NCBI GenBank assembly: GCA_963733375.1
Contig: CAVTDB010000026.1
Location: 128,001 to 192,000, forward strand
DNA from: Nitrospirota bacterium
GTDB lineage: Bacteria > Nitrospirota > JACRHJ01
Direction: 5' to 3'
Length of the DNA: 64,000 nucleotides
Below the pieces are notes generated by a model. It saw only the letters and a list, made by a program, of their open reading frames with translations. It was not told the DNA's origin and did not search any database. Numbering within the stretch: position 1 is the first letter of the stretch; every line of letters starts with the position of its first letter. Position numbers and translations under genes: made by a program. This document shows positions 41,613 through 52,568 of the stretch, one piece after another.

Positions 41613-42344
41613 ATGGAATTCTCTCTTATTACGGTAATCTTTTCCCTGATGGCCTATGGAGCGGCGGCCATTTTTATCTTCGGCCTTCTCTCGAAGATAA
41701 TAAATTACGCCAGAACCCCATCCCCGCTTATAATCCCTACGACCCCGGCCCCCACGACTTCTTTCGGCGCGATGGTCCGGGTCCTGAGTGAGGTATTTCT
41801 GTTCAGGAGCCTTTACAAGGGCAACAAATGGACATGGGTAGGCGGCGTGGTCTTCCACTGGGCCTTCCTGTTCGTGATACTCCGGCACCTCCGTTATTTC
41901 TTCTTTCCCGTGCCAGCCTGGGTTATGGGACTCCAGAATATAGGCATCTATGCCGGGATAATCCTTCCCATAGGCGTGCTGTACCTGCTGATGAGGCGCA
42001 CCACGGTAGACAGGACAGTTTTCATTTCATCCCTGGCGGATTATTTCGCGCTTGCCCTTATTTTCTTTATCGCCGGGACCGGCCTCATTATGAAATACTA
42101 TGAGCGGCCGTTCATGGTGGACATAAAAGGCTTCGTGTACGGCCTTATGACCTTTAATCTCTCTACCATGCCGCTGGACCCGCTCTTCCTCGTACACTTC
42201 ACCCTGGTGCTGATGCTGCTTGCGTACTTCCCGTACAGCAAGCTGGTGCACGCGGCAGGAATATTCTTCAGCCCGACGAGGAACCAGGCGGACAACCCGA
42301 GGGAGAAAAGGCATGTAACCCCCTGGTCGCCGAACCTTACTTAA
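41613..42344 (+). CDS. dsrM: DsrM (NarI-like diheme b membrane subunit), short type
   Basis: PLIIPTTPAP, FHW..VILRHLRYF, H..LV..L..YFPYSKLVH, FFSPTRNQ.DNPRE.RH. Confidence 0.93.
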   Translation: MEFSLITVIFSLMAYGAAAIFIFGLLSKIINYARTPSPLIIPTTPAPTTSFGAMVRVLSEVFLFRSLYKGNKWTWVGGVVFHWAFLFVILRHLRYFFFPVPAWVMGLQNIGIYAGIILPIGVLYLLMRRTTVDRTVFISSLADYFALALIFFIAGTGLIMKYYERPFMVDIKGFVYGLMTFNLSTMPLDPLFLVHFTLVLMLLAYFPYSKLVHAAGIFFSPTRNQADNPREKRHVTPWSPNLT

Positions 42345-42356
42345 GGAGATTTCAAA

Positions 42357-43860
42357 TTGGCTAAAGTAAAGTTTGAGGCCCCGGAATTAACCGGTGAGTT
42401 AACGATACCCGGCCTGAAAGAAGACGCCGCCGCATCCGCCCAAAGCCAACATGCGCCGGTAAAGGATATGATCGACCTGGGCTTCCCCACGGAGCTTGTT
42501 CCGGATTGGCAGGAGAAGGCGATCGCCAAGTTCGACGAGCTTCTCAAGAAGTACCGCTCACTGAAGGTCTTCCTGGATATCTGCGTCAAATGCGGCGCAT
42601 GCACTGACAAGTGTCAGTTCTACCTTGGCACTAAAGACCCGAAGAACATGCCGGTGGCGAGGGCGGAGCTCCTCCGCAAGGTTTACCGCCGCTACTTTAC
42701 GACTGCGGGAAAAGTGCTGGGCAAACTGTCCGAGGCAGATGACCTGACCAAGGAAGTGCTGGACGAGTGGTATACCTACTTCCACCAGTGTTCTGAGTGC
42801 AGGCGCTGTTCGGTATTTTGTCCTTACGGCATCGATACAGCGGAGGTAACCATGGCCGCGAGGGAGATCATGGACACCGTAGGCTACGGTGCAAAATATC
42901 CCCTCCAGACCATCAACAAGGCCATCACCGTAGGCAACAACCTCGGCATGCCCGGCCCTGCTATCCAGAGCACGCTGGACTTTATGGCTGAAGAAGTACT
43001 GGAACAGACCGGCGTTCCGGTGAAATTTCCGATGGACGTAAAGGGCGCGGACGTATTGCTTGTAACTCCCTCGGCGGATTTCTTCGCCAGTCCGCACGTA
43101 GAGTCGCTTGCCGGATATGCAAAGGTATTTCATCAGGCGGGTATAAGCTGGACGCTCTCGTCGTATGCGTCCGAGGCCGGCAACTTCGGCATGTTCAACG
43201 GCAACTATGAGCATATGCGCAAGATAGCCGCCAGAATCAAGGTGGCCATAAATGAATTAAAGCCAAAGAGGCTTATACACGGCGAATGCGGTCATGCATG
43301 GCGCGTAGCCTACAGCTTCTGGAACACGCTCATCGGGCCGTTTGATACGCTCGACCCGAAATACCCCGCCCCGCAGCACATCTGCGATTTCACGAACGAC
43401 CTGATTAAGAGGGGAGCCTTGAAGCTGGACAAGACGGCAAACGACCAGTTCGTCGTCACCTTCCACGACTCCTGCAACGTCGCCAGGGCCACCCGGATAG
43501 GCAGCTATGCCGGCAGCCAGTTCGAGATACCCAGGGAAATAATAAGGGCGACCTGCAACAAGTTCGTGGACATGCGCGCCGGACACCATACGCGAGAGGA
43601 CATTCTGCTGCGGCGCCGGCGGCGGGCTCCTCGCGGACGAGATTATGGATCTTCGTCTAAAAGGGGCGATGCCGAGGATGCAGGCGTACAAGGAAATCAA
43701 GGACAAGGACGGCGCGAATTTCTTTGCCCTCATCTGCGCCATATGCAAGGCGCAGTTCACCAAGGTCTTCCCGTACTACGGATACGATATGGAAGAGGTC
43801 GGCGGTATACACCAGCTCGTGGGCCGCGCGATAGTGTTGGGCGGGAAGGAGGGGATATAA
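42357..43860 (+). CDS. dsrK: DsrK (HdrD-like Fe-S subunit); frameshift near 43595
   Basis: CVKCGACTDKC, CSECRRCSVFCPYG, GECGH, TFHDSCN, FCCGAGGG, CAICK. Confidence 0.95.
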
Positions 43861-44166
43861 ATGAAAAAATCGATCTTGGCCGTGCTGTTCATATCCCTCC
43901 TGGCAATGGTAGCCGTCGGCTGTTCGAACAAGCGGGTGACGAAGCCCGAGCTTAAGGGTACGGGGCCGCTGGCACTTAAACTTCCCGCGGGAATACTCTC
44001 CCCGGAATACCACCAGCCGGTCGATTTCTGGAAACAGCATCACATGGACATCCTTAAAAGGGGCGACTACAGCAAGCACGAGTGCATGCTCTGTCACGAC
44101 GCGGACACCTCGTGCAACAACTGCCATGAATATGTGGGCGTCGCAAAGGTCGAAGGATACGAATAA
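43861..44166 (+). CDS. Diheme c-type lipoprotein, DsrJ-like (truncated)
   Basis: AVGC lipobox; HHMDIL; CMLCH..CNNCHEYVGV; directly follows dsrK. Confidence 0.7.
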   Translation: MKKSILAVLFISLLAMVAVGCSNKRVTKPELKGTGPLALKLPAGILSPEYHQPVDFWKQHHMDILKRGDYSKHECMLCHDADTSCNNCHEYVGVAKVEGYE

Positions 44167-44183
44167 TAGGGGAGCCCAATACG

Positions 44184-44669
44184 ATGGAAGAGAAGAAAGA
44201 TACGGCTCAAGCGGGCGCCGCACCGGCGCCTGAGGAACATCACGGCGGAAAATTCATGGCCGGAAGGCGCGCCTTTCTGGGCGTTTTCGCCGGATGCATA
44301 GGCGCTCTGGGCGCCGGGCTCGTCGGTGTCCCGCTCCTGGCGTCGTTTACGCCGGTCCAGAGGGGCAAGCCGGAGCCCGCGGTAATGAACCTGGGGGACA
44401 TACCTCTGGGTGGTTACGCGCAGGGTGTTTATGCCGGATACTCGTTCCTGGTATTTAACAGGAAGACCGGAATCGAGTGCATATCCTTGAAATGCTCTCA
44501 TCTGGGCTGCACCGTCAAATGGGTCGAGGCGGAGAAGAAGTTCAAATGCCCGTGCCATGACGGCACGTTCGACGAGCACGGGATAAATAAGAGCGGCCCT
44601 CCACCAGTGCCGCTCGATAAGCTGGATTATAAAATCGCCGGCGACAAACTAATAGTCGGAGGTGCATAG
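44184..44669 (+). CDS. Rieske [2Fe-2S] protein with Tat signal anchor
   Basis: GRRAFLG; CSHLGC; CPCHDG; GPPPVPL. Confidence 0.93.
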   Translation: MEEKKDTAQAGAAPAPEEHHGGKFMAGRRAFLGVFAGCIGALGAGLVGVPLLASFTPVQRGKPEPAVMNLGDIPLGGYAQGVYAGYSFLVFNRKTGIECISLKCSHLGCTVKWVEAEKKFKCPCHDGTFDEHGINKSGPPPVPLDKLDYKIAGDKLIVGGA

Positions 44670-44670
44670 G

Positions 44671-45327
44671 ATGAGCAAGGTGATTGATTGGGTTGATTCC
44701 CGAACGGGGGTCTCCGAACTGCTGGACGACGAGGTATTTTCCAAAAAGGCTCCGAGGCTCGCGAAGTGGTACGAGTTCTTCGGCTGTTTTGGGGGGATGT
44801 CGCTTATACTCTTCATAATCCAGGTGCTATCAGGTACCTTCCTCCTGATCTACTATACGCCTTCTCCAGCGGATGCTTTCTCCAGCGTCGTCTTCATCGA
44901 CAACGGCGTCTACTTCGGCTGGCTCTTCAGGCGTCTGCACGCGGTCGGCGCGAATGTGATGATCCTCCTGGTGATGATACACATGCTCAAGGTTATAATC
45001 ACCGGGGCGTACAAGGCTCCCAGGGAGTTTCACTGGATATCCGGCTTCGTCCTTCTGATGCTCACGCTGATGATGGGCATCTCCGGTTATCTCCTGCCCT
45101 GGACCCAGCTCTCGTACTGGGCGGTCACCGTGCTCACGACCTCGTTCTCGGTCGTCCCCGTTCTCGGGCCCACAATGATGAAGGTTATACGCGGAGCTGA
45201 TACCGTCTCTGGACCGACCTTGGGCAGGTTCTACGCCCTGCACCTGGCGCTCCCGGTGGTCATGTCGCTCTTCTTGGCTTTCCATTTCATGATGATAAGA
45301 AGGTCTGGTATCCAGGAGCAGTTATAA
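44671..45327 (+). CDS. Cytochrome b6-like N-terminal subunit
   Basis: FGCFGG, QVLSG, RRLHAVGAN....IHM, SGYLLPW..SYWA, RFYALH...FH. Confidence 0.93.
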   Translation: MSKVIDWVDSRTGVSELLDDEVFSKKAPRLAKWYEFFGCFGGMSLILFIIQVLSGTFLLIYYTPSPADAFSSVVFIDNGVYFGWLFRRLHAVGANVMILLVMIHMLKVIITGAYKAPREFHWISGFVLLMLTLMMGISGYLLPWTQLSYWAVTVLTTSFSVVPVLGPTMMKVIRGADTVSGPTLGRFYALHLALPVVMSLFLAFHFMMIRRSGIQEQL

Positions 45328-45342
45328 GGAGAGGATGGGAGA

Positions 45343-45775
45343 ATGAAATACAACAAAGACAACTGGAAGGGCGAGCTCGAACCTTTCTGGCCGCACGATG
45401 TCATCGACAAGGGGTTAATAGCCTGCATCGTAATAGGCATCTTCTTCGCGATAGCCTTCTTCATGCCGGACCTCTTCCTTCCGCCCCATGAAATGCCGGC
45501 GGACTCGACGAACACGCCTCTGGCCGTGAAACCTGAATGGTACTTCCTGGCGGCTTACCAGACGCTGAAGCTATTCCCGACGAAAATTTTTCGGGGGCGC
45601 TGCCGAGCTGATGGGGATGGGCGTGCAGGTAATAGCCATCACGGGTCTCTTCCTCCTGCCGTTTCTAGACAGGGGCAGCGAGAAGAGGTGGAAGATGCGG
45701 CCCACGTTCCAAAAGGGAGTCATAGCCGGGGTAATAGTATTCGTAGGCCTGACCATTTGGGGCCACTTATCTTAA
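45343..45775 (+). CDS. Cytochrome b/b6 C-terminal subunit (subunit IV); frameshift near 45590
   Basis: PFWPH, PAD..NTP..VKPEWYFL; LPFLDR in the shifted frame; TAA at 45773-45775. Confidence 0.88.
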
Positions 45776-45797
45776 TTTTGCACGGAAGGAGCAACCA

Positions 45798-46334
45798 GTG
45801 ACAGGGAGAGTAAGAGGACTTCTTTTCGTAGCGGCTCTCGCCGTACTTCTCACTCCCGCTTTCGCGGCGGCGAAGGACAACTACTGCGGAGAGTGCCATA
45901 CCGCAAGAGAGATTGCGTCCTTCGGGAGTCTGACGAGGTGGGACAGGAGCATATACCAGCAGAAGGACACGCTCTGCCCGGGGCTCTTTGAGATTAAGAA
46001 AGAGCAGTACTTCACGGAGAGCAGGCTCCTGAAGTACGACAACTTCCTCACCGTGATGGAAGAGCAGACGCGGAGATACCCGGAATATTTAAAAGAGGAC
46101 CTGGTTAAATACGGAGTGCAGTACGCGGATCTGAAAAGCCAGAATGTAGATTCGATAGATGCATTCGCGGTACCGAACTTGAAGATCAAAAAGAACCTGG
46201 GGGGGGTGTACGAGACCTTCAACAAGCTCCGTGAAGACTACAAAATGGAAAAAGTGATCGGACTGGGGCTGCTGGCGGTAGTCATTATCTCCCTGCTCTT
46301 CTTCATGGGGCTCAAGAAAACCGTAAAGGAATAA
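45798..46334 (+). CDS. Membrane-anchored monoheme cytochrome c
   Basis: Signal peptide; CGECH near N-terminus; C-terminal TM helix. Confidence 0.7.
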   Translation: MTGRVRGLLFVAALAVLLTPAFAAAKDNYCGECHTAREIASFGSLTRWDRSIYQQKDTLCPGLFEIKKEQYFTESRLLKYDNFLTVMEEQTRRYPEYLKEDLVKYGVQYADLKSQNVDSIDAFAVPNLKIKKNLGGVYETFNKLREDYKMEKVIGLGLLAVVIISLLFFMGLKKTVKE

Positions 46335-46347
46335 CGAGGTCTAAAGG

Positions 46348-48136
46348 ATGCTCAAAAGAATATTCGCAATAACATGTGCTGTTGCACTTCTGGCAGTCCT
46401 TGCCTCCTGCAATGAGAAGGAAGGCAAATCAGTAGACCCCAAGGTGGTAGCGGCCGCCGTCGAAAAGGCGGGTAAGACCGCCGACGCTCTGGACAACACG
46501 AACCTGAAGGCTTATGAGCTTGGAAGGCTTGGAGCCGCGATGGCGGAGCAAGGCGTACCCGGCGCGTCCGAGACCCTTGACGAAGCCCTGAAGCTGGCAA
46601 CGGGCGTGCGGGCGCCGTCGAACCTGGCGCTGGCGACAGAGCTTCGCGACCAGTCGAAGGACTGGGGGCCGAAGGACCGTGAAGCCATCGATCCCGCACT
46701 GGAAAGAATTACCAACGACTCCACCCGCGTCTGGGTAATCCGCTCCATAGCGGAAGGCATTGCAAAGTCAGACCGGGCGAAGGCCGTTGGAATTCTGGCA
46801 CAGGCCGCAAAAGATGCGCAAACCATCCCTAACCCGAGATATCGCGACCTGGACCTCCGGGGAATATCAGCGGCGCTCGCCGAGCTTGATTTTTCGGCCG
46901 GGATGGGCGTGGCCGCGAATATCTCCGACCCGAGGGTCAGGTCCTGGGCTTTAATGGAAGCGGGGAAGGCGGCAAAGGCCAATGGCTCAAAGGACGCAGC
47001 CCAGGCGTTTACGGCCGCTGGCGACGCGGCGGAGGCGGTTTTGAAGATGGAGCCTTCGAGTGAGCTGATAACCGATGCGACTCCTGCGGACGTGAAGGCG
47101 AAAGTCCTCGCTGCGGATAAGGGGAGGCTCGAGGCATATGCGGCCAGGGCAATGGCCAACGCCGCCCTTGCGATGAAAGATTACGACCCGGCAAAAGTCG
47201 TCGGCGATGTTCGCCAAGGCGGAGGAAATCGCCGATTCGATAGAGCAGCCGTACACCAAGTCATACGCGATGAGCGACGTCGCTATAGCGCTTGCCGGAT
47301 CGAACGCGACCGAAGCGGACGCCTATGCCTCCAAGATTGCGGCGGGCCATGAAGACGCGAAGTTCGCGGCGATGATGAAGTCCGGGGCCTCGGAAACCGA
47401 CAAATGCCGCGCCGGCTGCGATTCCGGCGAGATGGCCAAGGCTGTCAGTGTCGCGGAATCCATATCCGATCCCTACGACAGGGCGAAGGCGCTGGAGCTT
47501 ACGGCAACCGCCCTGGCGGCCTGTGACCCGAAGCAGGCCGAGGAAATTGCGGGGAAGATGGAGTATGTCGCGCTTAAAAATTCGGTATTGGCATCCCTTG
47601 CGGTCGCGGCCTCAAAAGGGGGAGATGAGCAGTTTAAAAAGGCCCTCGATAAGATAGATGAGCCGAGGTTCGCCAAGGATGAGGCGGTTTACGCCAAAGC
47701 CTGCGCGCTGGTCGGCGCCGCCGAAATAAAGGCGAAGACGGAACCAGCCGCCGCCGTAAAGATCTACGGGAAGGCCGCCACGGCAGCGGCCGATGCAAAA
47801 AGCCAGGCGCTCCAGTGGAAGATAGCGGTGGAACTTTGCAGGCTGGACCCGGACAAGCTTGTGAATTATGCCGCAAAGCTCGAAGGGGACGACGCTACCA
47901 AGGCAGCCGCTCTCACCGAGGTCGCGGCGGATTGGTCGGCTAAGGGCGATTACCGTTCTCCCATGGTCTGGGACATGGCGGTGAAGTCCGCGATGGCAGT
48001 GGATGACAAGACCGCTTCGGCGGAGCTTCTGAGCAAGATCGCTTCGTCCTGCGCGAAATATGATAAGGCCAGGGCCGCAGCCATATTCAGCAAAGCCCTT
48101 GAGAAGGCCGGGAAAATAGGCGTAGTCCAGAGTTGA
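46348..48136 (+). CDS. Ala-rich alpha-solenoid lipoprotein; frameshift near 47200
   Basis: LASC lipobox; repeated A..A..I.DP..R..AL helical pairs across ORFs 46348-47352 and 47207-48136. Confidence 0.65.
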
Positions 48137-48164
48137 CGGCAAGAACCTTAAGAGGAGGAACTCA

Positions 48165-48521
48165 ATGAAAATAGGCGTAATGATACAGGAAGGCCCGTAC
48201 AACCACGAGGCCTCCGACACCGCCTACAATTTTATCGAAGCGGCAATGGCGAAAGGCCATTCCATCCAGGGTGTTTTCTTGTATGACGACGCAGTAACGA
48301 ACGTCGCCAAAAGCATGGAGCCGCCCATGGATGACAGGCATATAGCCAGGAGATGGTCGGAATTGGGAGCGAAAGGCGTGGATATAATAGTCTGCGTAGC
48401 GGCGGCCAAGAGGCGCGGCATAAGCCCAAGCCTTATCGTGGACAATACCAGGATTTCCGGCCTGGGCCAGCTTAGCGAGATATGCACCGAAGCTGAGCGC
48501 GTCGTCACCTTCGGCGACTGA
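48165..48521 (+). CDS. dsrE: Sulfurtransferase DsrE
   Basis: EGPYNHEASDTAYNF, VFLYDDAV, VCVAAAKRRG, ISGLGQL. Confidence 0.93.
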   Translation: MKIGVMIQEGPYNHEASDTAYNFIEAAMAKGHSIQGVFLYDDAVTNVAKSMEPPMDDRHIARRWSELGAKGVDIIVCVAAAKRRGISPSLIVDNTRISGLGQLSEICTEAERVVTFGD

Positions 48522-48538
48522 GGAAAGGAGACTCAAAA

Positions 48539-48895
48539 GTGGCAAAGATAATGTTCGTAAACAGAAATGCACCCCACGGGACGATATATGCCTGGGAGGG
48601 TCTCGAGGTCATCCTTATCTTCGGCGCGTATGAAAACGAACTCGCTGCGGTATATATGGACGACGGCGTATTCTGCCTGAAGAAGGGCCAGGATACCTCC
48701 GGAATAGGCATAAAAGGGTTTATCAAGACCCTTCCGGTGCTCGAAGATTACGGCTGCGAAAAGATATACGTCGATAAGGAATCGATGGAGAAAAGGGGCC
48801 TGACGCCGGACGATTTCGCGATACCGGTTGAGGTGATGGATTCGGCGGGGATCGGGAAGGTTATGGCGGAGCAGGACGTTATCCTGCCGTTTTAG
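48539..48895 (+). CDS. dsrF: Sulfurtransferase complex subunit DsrF
   Basis: APHGTIYAWEGLE, DDGVF.LKKGQ, IYVDKESMEKRGL. Confidence 0.93.
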   Translation: MAKIMFVNRNAPHGTIYAWEGLEVILIFGAYENELAAVYMDDGVFCLKKGQDTSGIGIKGFIKTLPVLEDYGCEKIYVDKESMEKRGLTPDDFAIPVEVMDSAGIGKVMAEQDVILPF

Positions 48896-48911
48896 ATAAG
48901 GAGGAGCAACC

Positions 48912-49205
48912 GTGCTTCATATAGTAAATAAATCTCCGTACATGAAGGGTAGTCTGGAGAGCTGCATAAGGGTCGCGCAGAAGGACGACCCGATCCTGCT
49001 GATTGAAGACGCCGTACTCGGCGTCGCCGCCGGCGGAGGCATTGAGAGCCTGATTCAGGGCGCGATGAAAGATCATCAGATCTATGCCCTGGGCGCGGAC
49101 CTCCTGGCGAGAGGCATAGACGGCCTGACTCCTGGCGTGAAGGTGGTGGACTACGGCGGGTTTGTCGAGCTTGTCGAACAGCACAGGACGATGACCTGGC
49201 TTTAA
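48912..49205 (+). CDS. dsrH: Sulfurtransferase complex subunit DsrH
   Basis: MLHIVNKSP, ILLIEDAV, DLLARG, VDYGGFVELV. Confidence 0.93.
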   Translation: MLHIVNKSPYMKGSLESCIRVAQKDDPILLIEDAVLGVAAGGGIESLIQGAMKDHQIYALGADLLARGIDGLTPGVKVVDYGGFVELVEQHRTMTWL

Positions 49206-49879
49206 TGAGTATGGACAGGAACATCCTGTCGGACCTTCTGCTTGCGCGAAAATATCGGGAAGCGATGGACCTGATAAAAAAAAGACATAGCCGTTTAAGG
49301 ATCCTCCTGGGCCTTTTGTATTCCGAGGAAGAGCTGGTCAGGTGGAGGGCCGTGACATTGCTGGGGCTGATTGCCGCCGACGGCGAAACCGACCTGGCCC
49401 CGGCGGTGAAGAAGCTGCTGTGGTTTCTTAACGAAGAATCCAGCACGGTCGGCTGGTGTTCCGCGCAGGCTATCGCCGAGATATACAGAAATAATCCGGG
49501 CATGGCCAGGGACGCGATACGGGTCGTGCTCCACCTGTCGGACGATCCGGAGATATCTCTGCCCGCCAACAGGAACACTCCTATACTCGCGGGGTCCATC
49601 TGGGCCATCGGGATACTGGCGGAAGACGAGCCGGCGCTTGTCTCGGAGATGGGTCCGGCGCTGACGGAATTTTTAAAAGACCCCGACCCCTCGATAAGGG
49701 GCTTTTCCGCATGGGCCCTGGGCAGAATGGGTTTCCAGGAGGCGGAAGAAGGACTCAGGGCGCTTGCCCATGATGACTCATTCGTTAATCTTTACGAGGA
49801 TGATTCACTTAAAAATATTACTGTAGCGCGCGCCGCAGGAGACGCGCTTGAGAATATTCAGAAAAAAAACGGAGAATGA
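49205..49879 (+). CDS. HEAT-repeat protein (DVU0298-like)
   Basis: [24 protein letters not shown]; translationally coupled to dsrH. Confidence 0.7.
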   Translation: MSMDRNILSDLLLARKYREAMDLIKKRHSRLRILLGLLYSEEELVRWRAVTLLGLIAADGETDLAPAVKKLLWFLNEESSTVGWCSAQAIAEIYRNNPGMARDAIRVVLHLSDDPEISLPANRNTPILAGSIWAIGILAEDEPALVSEMGPALTEFLKDPDPSIRGFSAWALGRMGFQEAEEGLRALAHDDSFVNLYEDDSLKNITVARAAGDALENIQKKNGE

Positions 49880-49953
49880 AGGAGGTGAGGAAAGCCAGGC
49901 CGGCTTTAGATTTTAGAGGTCTATTTTATACACCAGAAAAGGAGAAAGTACTG

Positions 49954-51138
49954 ATGTCTGATACCCCATTGATTGACCAGCTTGAAACCGGCCCATGGCC
50001 GAGCTTCATCAGCGACATTAAAAGGATGGCCAAAACGAATGCCATGTGCAAGGACCTTCTGGGGCTCCTCGAAATGTCCTACAAGGACAAGAGGACGCAC
50101 TGGAAACACGGCGGCATAGTCGGTGTCCGCGGCTACGGCGGCGGCATCATAGGCCGCTATTCCGATTCTCCGGAGATGTTCCCGAACGTATCCCACTTCC
50201 ACACCGTCCGCGTCAACCAGCCGGCCGGGTGGTTCTACAACACGTCTTCTCTCCGTTACCTCTGCGACCTCTGGGAGAAGCACGGCTCGGGCCTCACGAA
50301 CATGCACGGCTCGACCGGCGACATGGTCATGCTCGGCACCACCACCGAACACCTTGAGGACATCTTCACCGACCTCTCGGAGCATGGCTGGGATCTGGGC
50401 GGCTCCGGCTCGGACGTCCGCACCCCGTCCTGCTGCAACGGCATGGCCCGCTGCGAGTACGCCTGCATCGATACCATGAACATATGCCACGACATAACGA
50501 ACGAGTACCAGGACGAGCTTCACAGGCCGGCCTTCCCGTACAAGTTCAAGTTCAAATTCTCGGGTTGCCCGAACGACTGCGTCGCATCCATCGCGCGTTC
50601 CGACTGCTCCGTCATCGGCACCTGGAGGGACGCCATCCAGCAGGACGACGCCGCCGTGGCCGAGTACGCCAAGGGCGGAAAAATCGACATAGCGAACGAC
50701 GTCGTCGGGAAATGCCCCACGGGCTGCATGTCCTGGGACGGCTCGAAGCTCTCGATAGACAACTCCAACTGCAACCGCTGCATGCACTGCATAAACCTCA
50801 TGCCGAAGGCGCTCCGCCCCGGCAAGGACAAGGGCGCGATGGTACTGCTTGGCGCGAAGGCCCCGATCGTCCAGGGCGCGCTGCTCGCATCCGTTGTAGT
50901 GCCGTTTATAAAGATGGAAGCCCCTTACACCGAGTTCAAGGAGCTTATCGCGAAGATATGGGAAGTATGGGACGAGCACGGCGAGAGCAGGGAGCGCATA
51001 GGCGAGATGATCGTGCGCATAGGCAAGGGCAACTTCATCGAAGAGGTAGGCCTGGAGCCGGTCCCGTCCATGATAAAGGAGCCGAGGTCCAACCCCTACA
51101 TCTTCTACGAAGAGTTCTTTGAAGAAGAAGAGGCGTAG
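49954..51138 (+). CDS. dsrA: Dissimilatory sulfite reductase alpha subunit
   Basis: [33 protein letters not shown]5-C...SGCPNDC, CNRCMHC; AGGAG RBS before ATG 49954. Confidence 0.98.
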   Translation: MSDTPLIDQLETGPWPSFISDIKRMAKTNAMCKDLLGLLEMSYKDKRTHWKHGGIVGVRGYGGGIIGRYSDSPEMFPNVSHFHTVRVNQPAGWFYNTSSLRYLCDLWEKHGSGLTNMHGSTGDMVMLGTTTEHLEDIFTDLSEHGWDLGGSGSDVRTPSCCNGMARCEYACIDTMNICHDITNEYQDELHRPAFPYKFKFKFSGCPNDCVASIARSDCSVIGTWRDAIQQDDAAVAEYAKGGKIDIANDVVGKCPTGCMSWDGSKLSIDNSNCNRCMHCINLMPKALRPGKDKGAMVLLGAKAPIVQGALLASVVVPFIKMEAPYTEFKELIAKIWEVWDEHGESRERIGEMIVRIGKGNFIEEVGLEPVPSMIKEPRSNPYIFYEEFFEEEEA

Positions 51139-51220
51139 GCGGGAGGTTCATCCGGGTTGTTGTGGTAGTTTAATATAAATAAACTGATGAATAAATAAAT
51201 CAGACGGAGGGATTAAGAAA

Positions 51221-52297
51221 ATGGCAGCTCCGAAGAGAAAGACAGACATAGGGCCACCCCATTACGAACAGATGCTCCACCCGACGGTGAAGGCCAATTA
51301 CGGAAAATGGAAGTACCATGAGAATATCAAGCCGGGCGTCCTCATGCACGTCTCCGAGACCGGCGACAAGATCTACACCGTCAGGGGCGCGTCCTCGAGG
51401 CTTATCAGCATCGAGAAGATAAGGGATTACTGCAACCTGGCCGACAAGTACTGCGACGGCTACTTAAGGTTCACAAGCCGCAACAACGTCGAGTTCCTGA
51501 CCGAAAAGGAAGCCAACGTCCAGCCGCTGATCGACGAGATGAACAAGCAGGGCATCCCCGTCGGCGGCACCGGCAACAGCATATCCAACATCGTCCATAC
51601 CCAGGGCTGGGTACATTGCCACAGCTCCGCGACGGACGCCTCCGGCGTGGTCAAGGCCACGATGGACGAGCTGATGGACTACTTCACGTCCATGACCCTG
51701 CCCGCGCATTTAAGGATAGCGGTCGCCTGCTGCCTGAACATGTGCGGCGCCGTCCACTGCTCGGACATCTCGATCCTCGGCATACACAGGACCCCGCCGA
51801 CCATCGACCACTCCAAGCTCGGCAACATGTGCGAGATACCGTCAACCGTCGCCTCCTGCCCGAAGGCCGCCATACGCCCGAAGATGGTCGATGGCAAGCA
51901 GTCGGTCGAGGTCATCGAAGACCTCTGCATGTACTGCGGCAACTGCTACACGGTCTGCCCGGCGATGCCGATAGCCAACCCGCTTAACGACGGCATCTCG
52001 ATATGGGTCGGCGGCAAGGTCTCGAACTCCAGGCACGAGCCGATGTTCTCGAAGCTCGCGATACCGTACCTCCCGAACAACCCGCCGCGCTGGCCGGAAG
52101 TCACCTCAGCGGTAAAGAACATCGTCGAGACCTACGCCGGTGACGCGAAGAAGTACGAGAGGGTCGGCGAGTGGATAAACAGGATAGGCTGGCAGAAGTT
52201 CTTCGAGAAGACCGGCCTCGAGTTCACGAAGTACCACATTGACGACTTTACCCTGGCGTCCAGCACGTACAATTCCTCTACACATGTCAAATTTTAG
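51221..52297 (+). CDS. dsrB: Dissimilatory sulfite reductase beta subunit
   Basis: [49 protein letters not shown]. Confidence 0.98.
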   Translation: MAAPKRKTDIGPPHYEQMLHPTVKANYGKWKYHENIKPGVLMHVSETGDKIYTVRGASSRLISIEKIRDYCNLADKYCDGYLRFTSRNNVEFLTEKEANVQPLIDEMNKQGIPVGGTGNSISNIVHTQGWVHCHSSATDASGVVKATMDELMDYFTSMTLPAHLRIAVACCLNMCGAVHCSDISILGIHRTPPTIDHSKLGNMCEIPSTVASCPKAAIRPKMVDGKQSVEVIEDLCMYCGNCYTVCPAMPIANPLNDGISIWVGGKVSNSRHEPMFSKLAIPYLPNNPPRWPEVTSAVKNIVETYAGDAKKYERVGEWINRIGWQKFFEKTGLEFTKYHIDDFTLASSTYNSSTHVKF

Positions 52298-52309
52298 GGG
52301 GGTATGATC

Positions 52310-52555
52310 ATGGCGTCCATAGAAGAGATCAAAGACTACATATTCCACAAAGTGGAGTCTTACGCTGGCAAGAAGCAGGTGAAGGTGCCGATTCTCAGCC
52401 AGGAAGTGATCGAACATTTCGGCGAGGCCGAATGCTCGAAGAAGGACGTGAAGCAAGCCCTGAAGGAGCTTATAGACGACGAGAAACTCGTATATGGCTA
52501 CTTCGGCGGCACTACACTCGAAATACCGCACACAGAAGGAAGCGCGAACGCGTAA
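52310..52555 (+). CDS. dsrD: DsrD-like winged-helix protein
   Basis: 81 aa immediately after dsrB; KDVKQALKELIDDEKLVYGYFGG. Confidence 0.75.
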   Translation: MASIEEIKDYIFHKVESYAGKKQVKVPILSQEVIEHFGEAECSKKDVKQALKELIDDEKLVYGYFGGTTLEIPHTEGSANA

Positions 52556-52568
52556 ACGGAGATGAACA

